Positions 10,203 to 21,206 of a stretch of 64,000 nt of DNA are shown here, in pieces. Origin of the DNA: Patescibacteria group bacterium (GTDB lineage Bacteria; Patescibacteriota; Patescibacteriia; XYB2-FULL-38-15); the NCBI GenBank assembly GCA_041653675.1, contig JBAZEY010000006.1, positions 837 through 64,836 on the forward strand, written 5' to 3'. Below the pieces are notes generated by a model. The model saw nothing but the letters and a program-made list of their open reading frames with translations, searched no databases and was not told where the DNA came from. The position numbers and the translations under genes were made by a program. Numbering within the stretch: position 1 is the first letter of the stretch; each line of letters starts with the position of its first letter.

Positions 10203-11435
10203 TCAATAATCCCTTAATTTTTCAATACCCTTGAACCCTTGCACTTTTTCCAAAGCTTTTGCTTCAATTTGCCGAATGCGTTCGCGGGTTACGCCAAATT
10301 CCTCGCCAACTTCTTCCAAAGTATGCGAAACGCCGTCGGAAAGGCCAAAACGCATTTCCAAAATTTTCTGTTCGCGAGGCAGGAGGTCCTTAATTGCTTC
10401 TTTAACATATTCCCGCAAAAGCTGCAATGCCGCCGCGCGATCCGGAGAAACGTTTTTGAAATCTTCTATAAAATCTTCGAGCACGCTATCTTCATCTTCA
10501 TCGCCGACCGAAGTATCAAGCGAAACCGTGTCTTGGGAAATCTGAATTAAATTTCTAATTTTTTCCACATCCTCGCCCATCTCCGAAGCAATCTCTTCGG
10601 GCAAGGGTTCGCGCCCCAAATCCTGAATCAATTGCCTCGCCACTTGCTGATAACGGTTAATAGTTTCCACCATATGCACCGGAATTCTGATAGTGCGAGA
10701 TTGATCCGCAAGGGCACGCGTCACGGCCTGACGAATCCACCAAGTTGCGTAAGTTGAAAATTTATATCCTTTACTCGGATCAAATTTTTCCACGGCGCGC
10801 ATCAAACCAATATTCCCCTCTTGAATCAAATCTGCCAAAGATAAATTTTTTCCCACGAATTTTTTTGCAATAGAAACAACAAGGCGCAAATTGGCAACCA
10901 TTAATCTCTGCGACGCTTCCTGGTCTCCCTGATCCTTGCGGCGGGCCAAAGCCATTTCTTCTTCAGTCGTTAAAAGCGGCACTTTTCCGATTTCACGAAG
11001 ATACATCTGAATGGAATCGGTAGAAATATCGCCCAAGTCCAATCGCTTCTTTTCTTTACTGACGCCAATATCGGCCAAAAGTTTTTTTCTCTCTTCAGTG
11101 CGCCCCAAAATATCAGATTTAACTTCCACCACAGAAATTCCGGCCTCATCAATTTTATCTAAAAATTCTTCGTATTTTTTTATGTAATTTTCCAAATCGG
11201 CGAAAGTGAAAAGGATTTCCGAATCAGTCAAAAAACCTCTCATGCGGCCCTTGTCCAAGAGAGTTTTTATCGTTTCATCGCTTGGCGGAAGAATTTTTGG
11301 TGCGACGACTCTGGCGACTTTTTTCGCCTTAATTTTCTTTCCACCTCGTTTGGCTATCTTTTTCTTCCCGCCCGATTTTTTAATTTTTTTCACGCCGCCC
11401 TTCTTCTTCGGCCGACGCACTTTTTTAGTTTTCAT
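10203..11435 (-). CDS. rpoD: RNA polymerase primary sigma factor
   Basis: [34 protein letters not shown] and TRERIRQIE; Lys-rich N-terminal tail. Confidence 0.95.
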   Translation of the reverse strand: MKTKKVRRPKKKGGVKKIKKSGGKKKIAKRGGKKIKAKKVARVVAPKILPPSDETIKTLLDKGRMRGFLTDSEILFTFADLENYIKKYEEFLDKIDEAGISVVEVKSDILGRTEERKKLLADIGVSKEKKRLDLGDISTDSIQMYLREIGKVPLLTTEEEMALARRKDQGDQEASQRLMVANLRLVVSIAKKFVGKNLSLADLIQEGNIGLMRAVEKFDPSKGYKFSTYATWWIRQAVTRALADQSRTIRIPVHMVETINRYQQVARQLIQDLGREPLPEEIASEMGEDVEKIRNLIQISQDTVSLDTSVGDEDEDSVLEDFIEDFKNVSPDRAAALQLLREYVKEAIKDLLPREQKILEMRFGLSDGVSHTLEEVGEEFGVTRERIRQIEAKALEKVQGFKGIEKLRDY

Positions 11436-11522
11436 CTATTTAAAATGGTCAAAATTTTAATCAAATCGTTAGCCGCCAAAAACAAATTACAAAACTCCCC
11501 TCCCCGCTTTATTTTTCTGCTA

Positions 11523-13322
11523 TTAAATATTTATCAACTTATTAAATTCTTCAGCCAGTTCTTTTATCCGACCGAGTTCTTTATTCTCTTCAGCTTTTTT
11601 CATCTCGGTTTGCAGCCGCCTTTGTTCATTTTTGATATAGCCTTCGCGTAAGGACTTAGCATTCTGTAAAATTTCATTTCCGATTTCTTCCTCACTAAAT
11701 TCGGCAAAATCTTTTTCCGCCAAAAGAAACAAACTCGCGATGTATTTTTTTTCATTCGGATCGTCTGAAACACCCAACATAACACTCTCCAAATCCGTTT
11801 TATCCACAGACTTATTATAATACAAAATCAGGTTTTTGTAAATTTCCCCCGACAAGCGATCCGGAAACATAAACGGCTCAAGATACGGGATAGCCAAAGA
11901 GAATTGGTTGGGATATTTAAAAACTAAAGCAATGAATCTTTCCGCGATAAGTGAGGGACGATTTTTTACCGCAGTGGCGACATTTTTTTTATCAGATACA
12001 GCCGGACCGGCCGCGATTTTTTCATGGGGCAGAGATTCCCGCAAAACCTGCTCGGGCACTCCCAAAATATTTCCCAACTTTTCCAGATAAAAATTTTGCT
12101 CAACTTTATCGGGAATTTTTATTAATTCCGCAAGCAATGTTTTCGCCGCCTTCTTTTTATCTTCAACTTTTCGTAAATCAAGCCCGTTCAGAGTTTTTTT
12201 AATATAATAATCCATGAAGGCCATGGAATTCGCAATCGCGTCGCGCCAAAGAGCCGGATCTTTTTTAATATAGTCATCCGGATCTTTTCCAATTTCGGGC
12301 GTTAGCATTATAACTTTGATGTTAATTCCCTCTTTTAAGGCAACATCGATTCCGCGCATCGCCGCCGTATTGCCGGCAAGATCCGCGTCAAAAGAAATCG
12401 CTAAATTCGGCGAATATCTTTTTAATAAATTCACTTGCTCAATGGTCATTGCCGTGCCGGACGATGCCACAACGTTTTGCACGCCAGCCTGATGCGAAGC
12501 AATAACATCCATATTCCCCTCAACCATCACCGCCAAATTTTCTTTTTTAATTTCCTGTTTGGCAAAATCCAAACCATAAATCACGCGGCTCTTGTCATAC
12601 ACCAAAGTCTGGGGTGTGTTCACATATTTTCCACCAGCATTTTCTTTTTTCTCCGCCTCGGGCATTAAGCGCGCCGTAAACCCGATAACGTGGCCGTGAA
12701 TATCACGAATAGGAAACATTATTCTCCCTCGAAAACGATCATAAAATCCCGAACCGCGTTCTTTTTTTACAGAAAGCCCTGCCAAAAAAATATCATTTTC
12801 CGTAAACCCCTTGCCACGCAAAAAATTTATGGCGCTATCCCAGGAATTCGGCGCGAAGCCAAGAAAAAATTTCTCTACCGTTTCCTCGGTCAGCGCCCGT
12901 TTCCCAAAAAGATAATTTCTCGCCCCTTCGGCTTCGGGTATTTTTAATAAATTGTAATGATAAAATCTTGCCGCCGCTTCCAAAATATCAAGCAATTTTG
13001 TTTTTTGATTACTCAAACTTTTATCTTCGTAGCGAAGTGTCACACCAGCCCGCTTCGCCAAAATTTTTAAAGCCTCGGGAAATTCAATATTTTCAATTTT
13101 CTGGACAAAACTTATTACGTCACCGCCCTCACCGCAGCCAAAACAATGCCAAATCTGCTTATCCTTGGAAACCATAAAAGAAGGCGTCTTCTCGTTATGA
13201 AACGGACAAAGACCCTTCCAATTACCACCCGCCTGCTTCATGTTGGACACGTATTCACCAATAACTTCAACAATGTCCAGGCGGTTTTTAATTTCCTCAA
13301 CTTGCGAATCGGGCATAAACAA
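11523..13322 (-). CDS. dnaG: DNA primase
   Basis: CPFHNEKTPSF zinc finger, KYVNTP, Toprim VEGNMD and FDADLAG. Confidence 0.97.
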   Translation of the reverse strand: MFMPDSQVEEIKNRLDIVEVIGEYVSNMKQAGGNWKGLCPFHNEKTPSFMVSKDKQIWHCFGCGEGGDVISFVQKIENIEFPEALKILAKRAGVTLRYEDKSLSNQKTKLLDILEAAARFYHYNLLKIPEAEGARNYLFGKRALTEETVEKFFLGFAPNSWDSAINFLRGKGFTENDIFLAGLSVKKERGSGFYDRFRGRIMFPIRDIHGHVIGFTARLMPEAEKKENAGGKYVNTPQTLVYDKSRVIYGLDFAKQEIKKENLAVMVEGNMDVIASHQAGVQNVVASSGTAMTIEQVNLLKRYSPNLAISFDADLAGNTAAMRGIDVALKEGINIKVIMLTPEIGKDPDDYIKKDPALWRDAIANSMAFMDYYIKKTLNGLDLRKVEDKKKAAKTLLAELIKIPDKVEQNFYLEKLGNILGVPEQVLRESLPHEKIAAGPAVSDKKNVATAVKNRPSLIAERFIALVFKYPNQFSLAIPYLEPFMFPDRLSGEIYKNLILYYNKSVDKTDLESVMLGVSDDPNEKKYIASLFLLAEKDFAEFSEEEIGNEILQNAKSLREGYIKNEQRRLQTEMKKAEENKELGRIKELAEEFNKLINI

Positions 13323-13331
13323 TCTATGCTG

Positions 13332-14396
13332 TTAATTTATTTCTATTTCTCTGCCACAATAAGGGCATTTAAATGGCGACCTATAATTATAACAAGTAGT
13401 TGCATACGTTACTCTTGATGAATAAAAACGATTAAGAGAATCCTTATTATATCCATATTCAGAAAGTTCTTTTTCTATATTTTTACCACAAAATGGACAA
13501 AATTTTCTTTCCGCTTCTATTACATTTGAAATACGGAACGTCCCGAAATCATTGTTTAATGAAGAAGAAAATGGCAAATTGATGCCCGATGAAACAGACG
13601 CTAAAGCGGGCGGCTCTATGCCACAATTAATTGTTCTATAAGTTCTATCAAATTTTTTCTTTTGTTCTTCTGTATAATTTTCCTTAAATTCCTTATCCAG
13701 CATATCAAGCGGGTTTTTGTACCCACTTATTTTTATATTTTCAACATTAGTCTTTTTTATAGATGTTTTTACTCCCTCATTTAATAATTTTTTTCCACAA
13801 TCTTCAAAATAATCTTTATCATCTACGCATAAAATACATTTTTGTTTCTTATCAATTTTGCTATCTTCCAAAAATTTTAAAAAAGATTCAAATGCAATAC
13901 AATCGAGGTCTTTCACATAAGCCGTTTTTCTGGGGTTCTCCGTCCATGGTGGTTCCTTTAACGAAGATCTCACCATGCCCCGAATTAAGATATCACCAGT
14001 TAATGGAATCTTTTTTGTATTTTTATGACTCATAATCCGCTTAATAATATCCTCGTTGGATCGCTCAATGTCTTCTACGGATTTTACGTTGTCTTTTATG
14101 CTTTTCGTAATTTTTTCATGTATTTTTTTGAACTGGTCTTTCTCCTTTGAAGACCCAAAAATTTTAGATGAATCTATGCAATTAATATTATCCTTTATTT
14201 CTTTAAATATTTTTTTATGTTCATCGAATATTTCTTTTTCAATTACTTCTGGAACAACAAGAACCATCTTACCGCTATCAACCTTATTTTCAATTTTTTT
14301 CAAAACATCTATATCTAAATCATCTATCTGTTCCAAGGCACAACTAATAAAAATATTTGTATCAATAAAGACTATTTGGGGTAGATTTCTTCTCAT
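13332..14396 (-). CDS. PIN-domain protein with C-terminal zinc ribbon
   Basis: VFIDTNIF and VPEVIEKE (PIN); CPFC...CPYC; very AT-rich. Confidence 0.7.
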   Translation of the reverse strand: MRRNLPQIVFIDTNIFISCALEQIDDLDIDVLKKIENKVDSGKMVLVVPEVIEKEIFDEHKKIFKEIKDNINCIDSSKIFGSSKEKDQFKKIHEKITKSIKDNVKSVEDIERSNEDIIKRIMSHKNTKKIPLTGDILIRGMVRSSLKEPPWTENPRKTAYVKDLDCIAFESFLKFLEDSKIDKKQKCILCVDDKDYFEDCGKKLLNEGVKTSIKKTNVENIKISGYKNPLDMLDKEFKENYTEEQKKKFDRTYRTINCGIEPPALASVSSGINLPFSSSLNNDFGTFRISNVIEAERKFCPFCGKNIEKELSEYGYNKDSLNRFYSSRVTYATTCYNYRSPFKCPYCGREIEIN

Positions 14397-14484
14397 AGAA
14401 TTCGCTTTTAATAGCTAAAAATGATATAATATTTAAATTCATTTGCTCTAATATTGTAGTTTAAATTTCATTTTTAGTAAAGGT

Positions 14485-16176
14485 ATGGCTGATAAAAAAA
14501 TTCCTGAGTTAAAAAACCTGACGAACGAACCGAAAATCGCTTATTTTACGATGGAAATCGGGCTTCGCGAAGAAATTCCAACTTATAGCGGAGGTTTAGG
14601 AATTTTGGCCGGAGATGCAACAAAATCCGCGGCAGATTTGGAGATTCCTTTTATCGCCGTCACGCTTTTAAATCACAAAGGATATTTTACGCAAGAATTG
14701 ACGCGCAATGGCCAACAAATTGAACATCCGGTAAAATGGAATCCAAAAAAATATTTAAAACCATTGCCTTTCACAACCGAGGTGCATATTCACAGGCGGC
14801 GGGTCGTAATTAAACCCTGGCTTTATACCATCCGGGGCGCCAGCGGAGCAAAGGTTCATGTTTTGTTTTTGGACACCGATCTTAAAGAAAATATTTTGAA
14901 AGACAGAAAAATTTCTTATTTTCTCTACGGGGGCGACGCGAAATATCGGCTGAAACAGGAAATTGTTTTGGGTGTAGGCGGCGCGCGCATTTTAAAAATC
15001 CTCGGCGTTGATGTCAAAAAATATCACATGAACGAAGGCCATGCCGCGTTTTTAACTTTGGAACTTTTGCGGATGAATAATTTTAATCTGGAAGAAACGC
15101 GAAAAAAATGTGTCTTCACAACCCATACGCCAGTAGCTGCCGGGCATGATCATTTTGATTACGCGCTCGCGGAAGAACAAATGGAAGCGCTTGTCGCGCC
15201 GGAGCTTCTCCAAAAACTTTGCGGCAAAGAAAATTTAAACATGACTCGCCTCGCCTTTAACATGAGCCATTACGTAAACGGCGTGGCCAAGCGGCATAAA
15301 GAAATCTCTGAAAAAATGTTTCCAGGATACGAAATTCACGCTATTACAAACGGCGTTCATTCTTACACCTGGACTCATCCGGCTTTTCGCAGACTTTATG
15401 ATAAATATCTGGCGGGATGGGAATCTGAGCCAGAACTCTTTATTCGCGCCCCGATAATTCCCAATGAAGAAATCTGGGCGTCGCGCAATAAGGCAAAAAA
15501 AGATTTGATTGATTACGTAAATCGTTTGACTGGCGTCGGCATGAAAAAAGATGTTTTAACTATTGGTTTTGCCCGTCGCGCTACGGCTTATAAACGCCAT
15601 AATTTTATTTTCAGAGATTTGGAACGCCTTGAAGAAATTGCTAAAAAATTTCCTTTGCAAATAATTTTTGCCGGCAAAGCTCATCCGCGCGATCTTGGCG
15701 GAAAAAAAATAATTAAAGAAGTTTTCCAAAATATCAGAAAACTTAAGGGAAAAATCAAAATAGTTTATCTTGCGAACTACAACATTGAAATGGCGAAAAA
15801 AATAACTTCCGGTGTTGACGTTTGGCTGAATAATCCCGAACGGCCGATGGAAGCCTCGGGAACTTCGGGAATGAAAGCGGCACATAACGGCGTCGTGAAT
15901 TTTTCTGTTTTAGACGGCTGGTGGCTTGAGGGGTTTGTGGAGGGCGTGACCGGCTGGGCAATCGGACCAAAGCCTGACGAAAAAATAAGCCCAGCGGCGG
16001 CGGAAAAAAGAGAATTGGATGATTTATACAATAAACTTGAATATACAATTTTACCGATGTATTATGAACGCCGCGATGAATGGATGACAATGGTGGAAAA
16101 TTCTATCAGCAAATTAGCTTATTATTTTAATACTCACCGCATGATGCGACGATATGTCCTTTATGCGTATCTATAA
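14485..16176 (+). CDS. glgP: alpha-glucan phosphorylase (short form)
   Basis: YSGGLGILAGD, HMNEGH, FARRATAYKR and EASGTSGMK motifs. Confidence 0.93.
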   Translation: MADKKIPELKNLTNEPKIAYFTMEIGLREEIPTYSGGLGILAGDATKSAADLEIPFIAVTLLNHKGYFTQELTRNGQQIEHPVKWNPKKYLKPLPFTTEVHIHRRRVVIKPWLYTIRGASGAKVHVLFLDTDLKENILKDRKISYFLYGGDAKYRLKQEIVLGVGGARILKILGVDVKKYHMNEGHAAFLTLELLRMNNFNLEETRKKCVFTTHTPVAAGHDHFDYALAEEQMEALVAPELLQKLCGKENLNMTRLAFNMSHYVNGVAKRHKEISEKMFPGYEIHAITNGVHSYTWTHPAFRRLYDKYLAGWESEPELFIRAPIIPNEEIWASRNKAKKDLIDYVNRLTGVGMKKDVLTIGFARRATAYKRHNFIFRDLERLEEIAKKFPLQIIFAGKAHPRDLGGKKIIKEVFQNIRKLKGKIKIVYLANYNIEMAKKITSGVDVWLNNPERPMEASGTSGMKAAHNGVVNFSVLDGWWLEGFVEGVTGWAIGPKPDEKISPAAAEKRELDDLYNKLEYTILPMYYERRDEWMTMVENSISKLAYYFNTHRMMRRYVLYAYL

Positions 16177-16178
16177 AT

Positions 16179-16886
16179 ATGCGACAAGAAGAATTACAAG
16201 AAATTAAAAAAAATCCGGCGTTAATCGCCAAATATATTGACCATACCGAAGTCAGCCCGAATTCCACTGCCGCCGACATTAAAAAACTTTGCGCCGAAGC
16301 GAAAAAATACGGATTTTATTTGGCTATGGTTTTGCCTTATTACGCGCCGCTCGCGAAAAAATTATTGCGCGGCACAAAAATAAAAATCGGTGTGGTAATG
16401 GGTTTTCCTTTTGGCGCGCAATGTACCGAGGCGAAACTCGCGGAAATGAAAAAGGCATTTCCTTTTGCTGATGAATTTGATTTTGTTATAAACCGCCAAG
16501 CCTTGAAAAATAAAGATTATGGATTTATTCTGAAAGAGCTAAAAACTTTGGCCCGGGCGAAACGCGGAAAAATTATGAAAGTTATCATTGAATCACCGGA
16601 ACTCACGAACACAGAAATTTATAAAGCCTCACAGTTAATTTTGGCCTCCGGCGCCGATTTTGTAAAAACCGCAGTGGGTTTACGCGGCGGCGCGAAAATT
16701 TCCGACGTTAAAATAATGAAAAAAGTTGTGGGTGATAAAATAAAAATTAAAGCTTCCGGCGGAATTAAAAATTTCAAAACCGCTCTCGCGTTTCTCGCCG
16801 CCGGAGCCTCGCGGCTAGGAACTTCGCACGGCGTGGAAATCGTCAAAGGCGGATCGAGCAGTAAGAAAAGTTATTTTCACGAATGA
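16179..16886 (+). CDS. deoC: deoxyribose-phosphate aldolase
   Basis: IDHT, GFPFG, ADFVKT, IKASGGI and RLGTS motifs. Confidence 0.92.
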   Translation: MRQEELQEIKKNPALIAKYIDHTEVSPNSTAADIKKLCAEAKKYGFYLAMVLPYYAPLAKKLLRGTKIKIGVVMGFPFGAQCTEAKLAEMKKAFPFADEFDFVINRQALKNKDYGFILKELKTLARAKRGKIMKVIIESPELTNTEIYKASQLILASGADFVKTAVGLRGGAKISDVKIMKKVVGDKIKIKASGGIKNFKTALAFLAAGASRLGTSHGVEIVKGGSSSKKSYFHE

Positions 16887-17521
16887 AAACATTAACTATA
16901 AAAATAAATCCACGGAATCCGGAAAAAGAAAAAATAGAAATAGCCGCCCAAATTTTAAAAGAGGGCGGTTTAGTTGTTTTTCCCACGGATACGGTTTACG
17001 GCCTAGCCGCTGATGCAAAAAATCCGCGGGCGGTTAAAAAAATATTTAAAGTCAAAAAAAGGCCGCTCTCTAATCCCCTGCCCATTTTAATCGCGAGAAA
17101 AACTGATCTCAGAAAATACACGAAAGAGACATCAGCGAAAATAAAAAGATTAACTGATAAGTTCTGGCCAGGTCCATTGACGCTTATCTTACTAAAGAAA
17201 AAAAATATTTCAAATATTGTGACTGCCGGCCTTCCCCGCGTAGGTGTGCGCGTACCAGATAATGCCGTGGCCCTCGCATTAATCCAGGCATTCGGCCGAC
17301 CGCTCGCCACGACCTCCGCAAACATCGCAGGTAAACCGAGCCCGGCCACCTCACGCGGCGTCAAAAAATATCTGAATAATAAAATAGATTTGATCCTGGA
17401 CGGTGGAAAAACCAAACTCGGCCAAGAATCCACTGTTTTAGATTGTAGCGCTTCGCCGCCAACTTTTCTCCGCTCCGGCGCGATTCCGACAAAAAAACTG
17501 AAAAAACTTATTTCAAATTAA
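16883..17521 (+). CDS. tsaC: threonylcarbamoyl-AMP synthase (TsaC/Sua5/YrdC)
   Basis: FPTDTVYGL, FWPGPLT and TSAN motifs. Confidence 0.92.
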   Translation: MKTLTIKINPRNPEKEKIEIAAQILKEGGLVVFPTDTVYGLAADAKNPRAVKKIFKVKKRPLSNPLPILIARKTDLRKYTKETSAKIKRLTDKFWPGPLTLILLKKKNISNIVTAGLPRVGVRVPDNAVALALIQAFGRPLATTSANIAGKPSPATSRGVKKYLNNKIDLILDGGKTKLGQESTVLDCSASPPTFLRSGAIPTKKLKKLISN

Positions 17522-17561
17522 AACGGGGTTGCAAGAAAGATTCTTACAACCCCAGACGACC

Positions 17562-17885
17562 TCAATCCCATGGGCCTCCTTTCAGCATATCCTCGGTGCG
17601 GCCGCAGCAAGAGCAACGAGCAAGATACCAGTTCACGACGTGTTCTTTCTGCCGTCCGCAGATCTTGCATACATGTGTTACCACTTCCTGCATCCGCTGC
17701 ATCGCCCTCCCGCAGCATCGAGTGAGCGTGTAGTTCTTCTTGAGTCCCCAAAGTCTTGGGGCGGGCTCAATCCGTTTCTCGCCGATCTGCTCCCAGTCCG
17801 GCTCATGTCCCACACACTTGCTGTGAACGCACGAACCGTTGTGGACATGCAGCTCGCAAGGAACTCCCTGGTTGGCATTGGCCAT
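17562..17885 (-). CDS. small GC-rich Cys/His-rich hypothetical protein (possible zinc binder)
   Basis: AGGAGG upstream of ATG; CC, CKIC and CSCC motifs; hairpin GGGGTTGTAAGAA...TTCTTGCAACCCC plus T-tract downstream. Confidence 0.6.
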   Translation of the reverse strand: MANANQGVPCELHVHNGSCVHSKCVGHEPDWEQIGEKRIEPAPRLWGLKKNYTLTRCCGRAMQRMQEVVTHVCKICGRQKEHVVNWYLARCSCCGRTEDMLKGGPWD

Positions 17886-18010
17886 CGCAATCCCTCCTTT
17901 TCGCCTCCCATTTTTGGGTGCTGATTAATAGTGTATACAAAAATCATAAAAAGTCAAGCCCACAGCGGAATAACAAAAAACGGACCGAATGGCCCGTTTT
18001 ATATACAACC

Positions 18011-18039
18011 TTGACAAAATCCTTCAAACTAAATAACAT
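18011..18039 (+). promoter_or_regulatory. sigma70-type promoter
   Basis: TTGACA-17 bp-TAACAT. Confidence 0.55.
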
Positions 18040-18060
18040 AGCTTTAGAAGGAGGAATAAC

Positions 18061-18315
18061 GTGGCGAAATCACGGAAACCATCAGTCGAACTGAAGAACC
18101 ACATCATCTCTGTGCGCATACTGGGCTCCCATCTGGAGGCGCTGGAAGCCCTGGCCAGAGTCGACGACACAACGTTGGGAGAGCAAATCCGAAAAGCGCT
18201 CAACCGATACGTGGCGAAACGCATCCGCAACAAAAACTTCCAGAAACAACTCCTGGCCTACAAGAGAAGGATGAAGGCACTCCTCAACGTGCTGAGGAAG
18301 AAACCCGGCGACTAG
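18061..18315 (+). CDS. ribbon-helix-helix-like small DNA-binding protein
   Basis: GAAGGAGG then GTG; ISVRI strand followed by two helices (LEALEALAR / TLGEQIRKAL). Confidence 0.6.
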   Translation: MAKSRKPSVELKNHIISVRILGSHLEALEALARVDDTTLGEQIRKALNRYVAKRIRNKNFQKQLLAYKRRMKALLNVLRKKPGD

Positions 18316-18373
18316 GAGGTCGCCGCCGCCATATTCAACCGGGTTTGCCAGTTTACCAAAAACTGGCGTTTTT

Positions 18374-18688
18374 TTATTTCACCAAAAGATTGATTACAAA
18401 CGCCACCAAAAGAATCACAAATAAATTCGCTACGGTAAAAAGAAGCATTTTCACGGCTTCTTTTTTAGCGTTATCAAACCAAAGATAAACCGGCCGGCCA
18501 AAAACTAAAAGTCCGCAGACGAGGGCGGAAAAAACGAAGAGCAAGAGAAACGTGACCGGTCCCCAATAATTTTCCATTTGACCAAAAATTTTTTCGCCGT
18601 TCGTCATGACCAAAACCACAAGCATTACGTAAGCGAAAACTCCGACCGCGTTCGCCGCGGACCACAACCAAATTTTCTGATTTTTCAT
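18374..18688 (-). CDS. small membrane protein
   Basis: 3 hydrophobic segments. Confidence 0.8.
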   Translation of the reverse strand: MKNQKIWLWSAANAVGVFAYVMLVVLVMTNGEKIFGQMENYWGPVTFLLLFVFSALVCGLLVFGRPVYLWFDNAKKEAVKMLLFTVANLFVILLVAFVINLLVK

Positions 18689-18702
18689 AGATTTTTTAAT
18701 TA

Positions 18703-19959
18703 TTATTCTTTTTTAAGAGCGACAATTGGTTCAAGGCGCGCCGCGGCGCGGGCTGGGTAAATTCCGGAAATCAAACCAACCAAAACGGAAATGCCGACCG
18801 CGAGCAAAATATATTGTGGTGAAAGATGAAATTTCCAGGCGAAACCTAAAGAATTCGCGACGACACCCACTAAAAAAGAAATGATCGTGCCCAAAATAGT
18901 TCCGGCTAAACCGCCCAAAAAAGTTATCCCGACGGCCTCCATCAAAAATTGATTTAAAATATCATTGCGCTTCGCGCCGATGGCTTTACGCAACCCAATT
19001 TCAAAAGTCCGCTCGGCCACGGCCACGTACATTACATTCATAATTCCTACGCCGCCGACTACAAGTGAAATACTGGCCAAGGCAAAAAGTAAAATTTTAA
19101 TCGCGCCAGTGACCGTACCAAGCAAGGCCAATCCTTCCGCAGCAGACATCACGGCAAAATCGTCTTTCGTGGGATCATCTATATCATGCAATTCGCGCAT
19201 CCGCACGGTAACATCGTCGACGGTCACATCGGTGAGAGCAGTATCCTTAATTTGAATAAAAATAAATTGGATATAATCTACGCCCAAAATTAATTTCTGC
19301 ATCGTACGCAAGGGCATGATGGCAATGTCATCAAAAGAAAAAACTCCGGCGCTCCCCCGCTCTTTCATTACGCCAACAACTCGATAACTTTGTTTTCCAA
19401 TTTTTATTTTTTTCCCAATGGCATCTTCGTCACCAAATAATCGATTTTTTAAATTACTGCCTAAAACCACAATTCGCGCTAAACTTTTATCTTCCGCGTC
19501 GGTGAAAAAACGGCCGTCCTCCACTTCCCCTGAATCTATCTCGTCGAATGACGACGTAACGCCAAAAATCAAAGTCACTTTATTTTCTTCTTTATAAGAA
19601 AAAACCGCCTGGCCAGTTTGGCCGGAATAAACATCACTGACATTAGCAATTTTTCTCAATTCATCCGCGTCTTTTTCTTTTAAGGTAGTAATCGTAACGC
19701 CCTGAGCCATACTCGCCGCGTTTTCGCTTGAAACATGCTCCGTTGAAGGAACCTTCACTTCAACTTCAATATAGTCTGTTCCAAACATTGTCACCTGGCC
19801 GACGATAAAATCTTCAATGGCTCGTCCAGCTGAAAGTACAACAATCACGGCGGTAATCCCGACTGTAATACCCAAAACCGTTAAAATAGTTCTGAGCTTA
19901 TGCCGTATAAGCGCGTCAAGGGCAATATTGATTGGTGTTTTTAAAAAAGATAAATTCAT
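18703..19959 (-). CDS. MacB/FtsX-type ABC transporter permease
   Basis: GGVGIMNVM..AERTFEIGLRKAIGA; likely start at 19959. Confidence 0.92.
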   Translation of the reverse strand: MNLSFLKTPINIALDALIRHKLRTILTVLGITVGITAVIVVLSAGRAIEDFIVGQVTMFGTDYIEVEVKVPSTEHVSSENAASMAQGVTITTLKEKDADELRKIANVSDVYSGQTGQAVFSYKEENKVTLIFGVTSSFDEIDSGEVEDGRFFTDAEDKSLARIVVLGSNLKNRLFGDEDAIGKKIKIGKQSYRVVGVMKERGSAGVFSFDDIAIMPLRTMQKLILGVDYIQFIFIQIKDTALTDVTVDDVTVRMRELHDIDDPTKDDFAVMSAAEGLALLGTVTGAIKILLFALASISLVVGGVGIMNVMYVAVAERTFEIGLRKAIGAKRNDILNQFLMEAVGITFLGGLAGTILGTIISFLVGVVANSLGFAWKFHLSPQYILLAVGISVLVGLISGIYPARAAARLEPIVALKKE

Positions 19960-19960
19960 T

Positions 19961-21202
19961 TTACTCGTAGCGCAAGGCTTCAATCGGATTTAATTTCGCT
20001 GCCCGTCGCGCCGGATAAATTCCAAAAACTAATCCTATCAAAATGGATATTGAGCAGGAGAGTAAAATCGCTTTATAAGAAATTATTAAATCCCATTCAA
20101 ACCCGAGCTGCCGCGCCACAAGAGCCACGAGAAGCGAAATCAAAATACCAAAAATAACACCGACAACTCCTCCTGACAAAGTTACAACAATCGCTTCCGC
20201 CAGAAATTGGCTTAAAATATTTTTATTTTTAGCACCCAAAGCTTTCCGGAGGCCCACCTCCCGCGTCCGCTCTACTACGGCGATTAACATTATATTCATA
20301 ATCCCAATGCCGCCGACTAAAAGAGAAATCGCGGCAATTGCCGCCAAAAAATAAGTTAGAGAATCAGTAATCGCCGAAAAAATTTCAATGGCTTGCGTTT
20401 GCGGGCGAAGACTGAAATCGTCGGGCTCATTTTTATCAAGATTATGGCGATCTCGAAGAAGCACCCTGATGTCGGCGACGGCCCGATCCGTATTTTCTTC
20501 AGAATTTATCTGTACTCTGGCCAAAGAAACATAGTTAACGCCAAGCATTATTTTTTGCGCGGTGGAAATTGGAATAAAAGAGAGCGCGTCCTGATTTTCA
20601 AACATTTGCGTGCCCTGTTTTGCCGCGACGCCAATAACTTTAAATTCTTCTTTTTTTATTTTAATATTTTTCCCGATAGGGTCCGTATCCCCAAAAAGTT
20701 CTTCGGCAACATCTGATCCTAATACAACCACGCGGGCTAAATCTTTTTCTTCGTCTTCATTTAAAAATCTTCCCCTTGCTATCTCCGTATTATGAACTTT
20801 CACATAACTTGTCGTTGTGCCAACAAACGTTCCGTCGTATTTTCTTTCTCGCCACTGAAAAGTCCCCACTCCACGATTGTAATAAGTCACGGCTGTAGCA
20901 TTCGGAACATTATTATTTTTCATTATCGCGTCCAGGTCGGCATTTTTTAAAGTAGTGTTAACGATCCCTAATGCCGACGGCGGCGGACCTTCTTCTTCTG
21001 AAGCGCCGGGAAAAATTCCAATTAAATTTGATCCCATCCCTTTGACCTGATTCAAAATCAAACTCTGCGCGCCGCCACCCACGGAAATAATAATAATAAC
21101 CGAAGAGATGCCAATAATTATCCCGAGCATTGTCATAAATGTTCGGGATTTTTTTGTTTTAAGTCCAATGTAAGCGATACGAACTATCGACTGTAAATCC
21201 AT
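19961..21202 (-). CDS. MacB/FtsX-type ABC transporter permease
   Basis: GGIGIMNIM..ERTREVGLRKALGA. Confidence 0.92.
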   Translation of the reverse strand: MDLQSIVRIAYIGLKTKKSRTFMTMLGIIIGISSVIIIISVGGGAQSLILNQVKGMGSNLIGIFPGASEEEGPPPSALGIVNTTLKNADLDAIMKNNNVPNATAVTYYNRGVGTFQWRERKYDGTFVGTTTSYVKVHNTEIARGRFLNEDEEKDLARVVVLGSDVAEELFGDTDPIGKNIKIKKEEFKVIGVAAKQGTQMFENQDALSFIPISTAQKIMLGVNYVSLARVQINSEENTDRAVADIRVLLRDRHNLDKNEPDDFSLRPQTQAIEIFSAITDSLTYFLAAIAAISLLVGGIGIMNIMLIAVVERTREVGLRKALGAKNKNILSQFLAEAIVVTLSGGVVGVIFGILISLLVALVARQLGFEWDLIISYKAILLSCSISILIGLVFGIYPARRAAKLNPIEALRYE

Positions 21203-21206
21203 AACA

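Noticed and set aside
9750-10206. ORFs overlapping tRNA-Asn
   Set aside because: Translations of the tRNA and its duplicated 3' end
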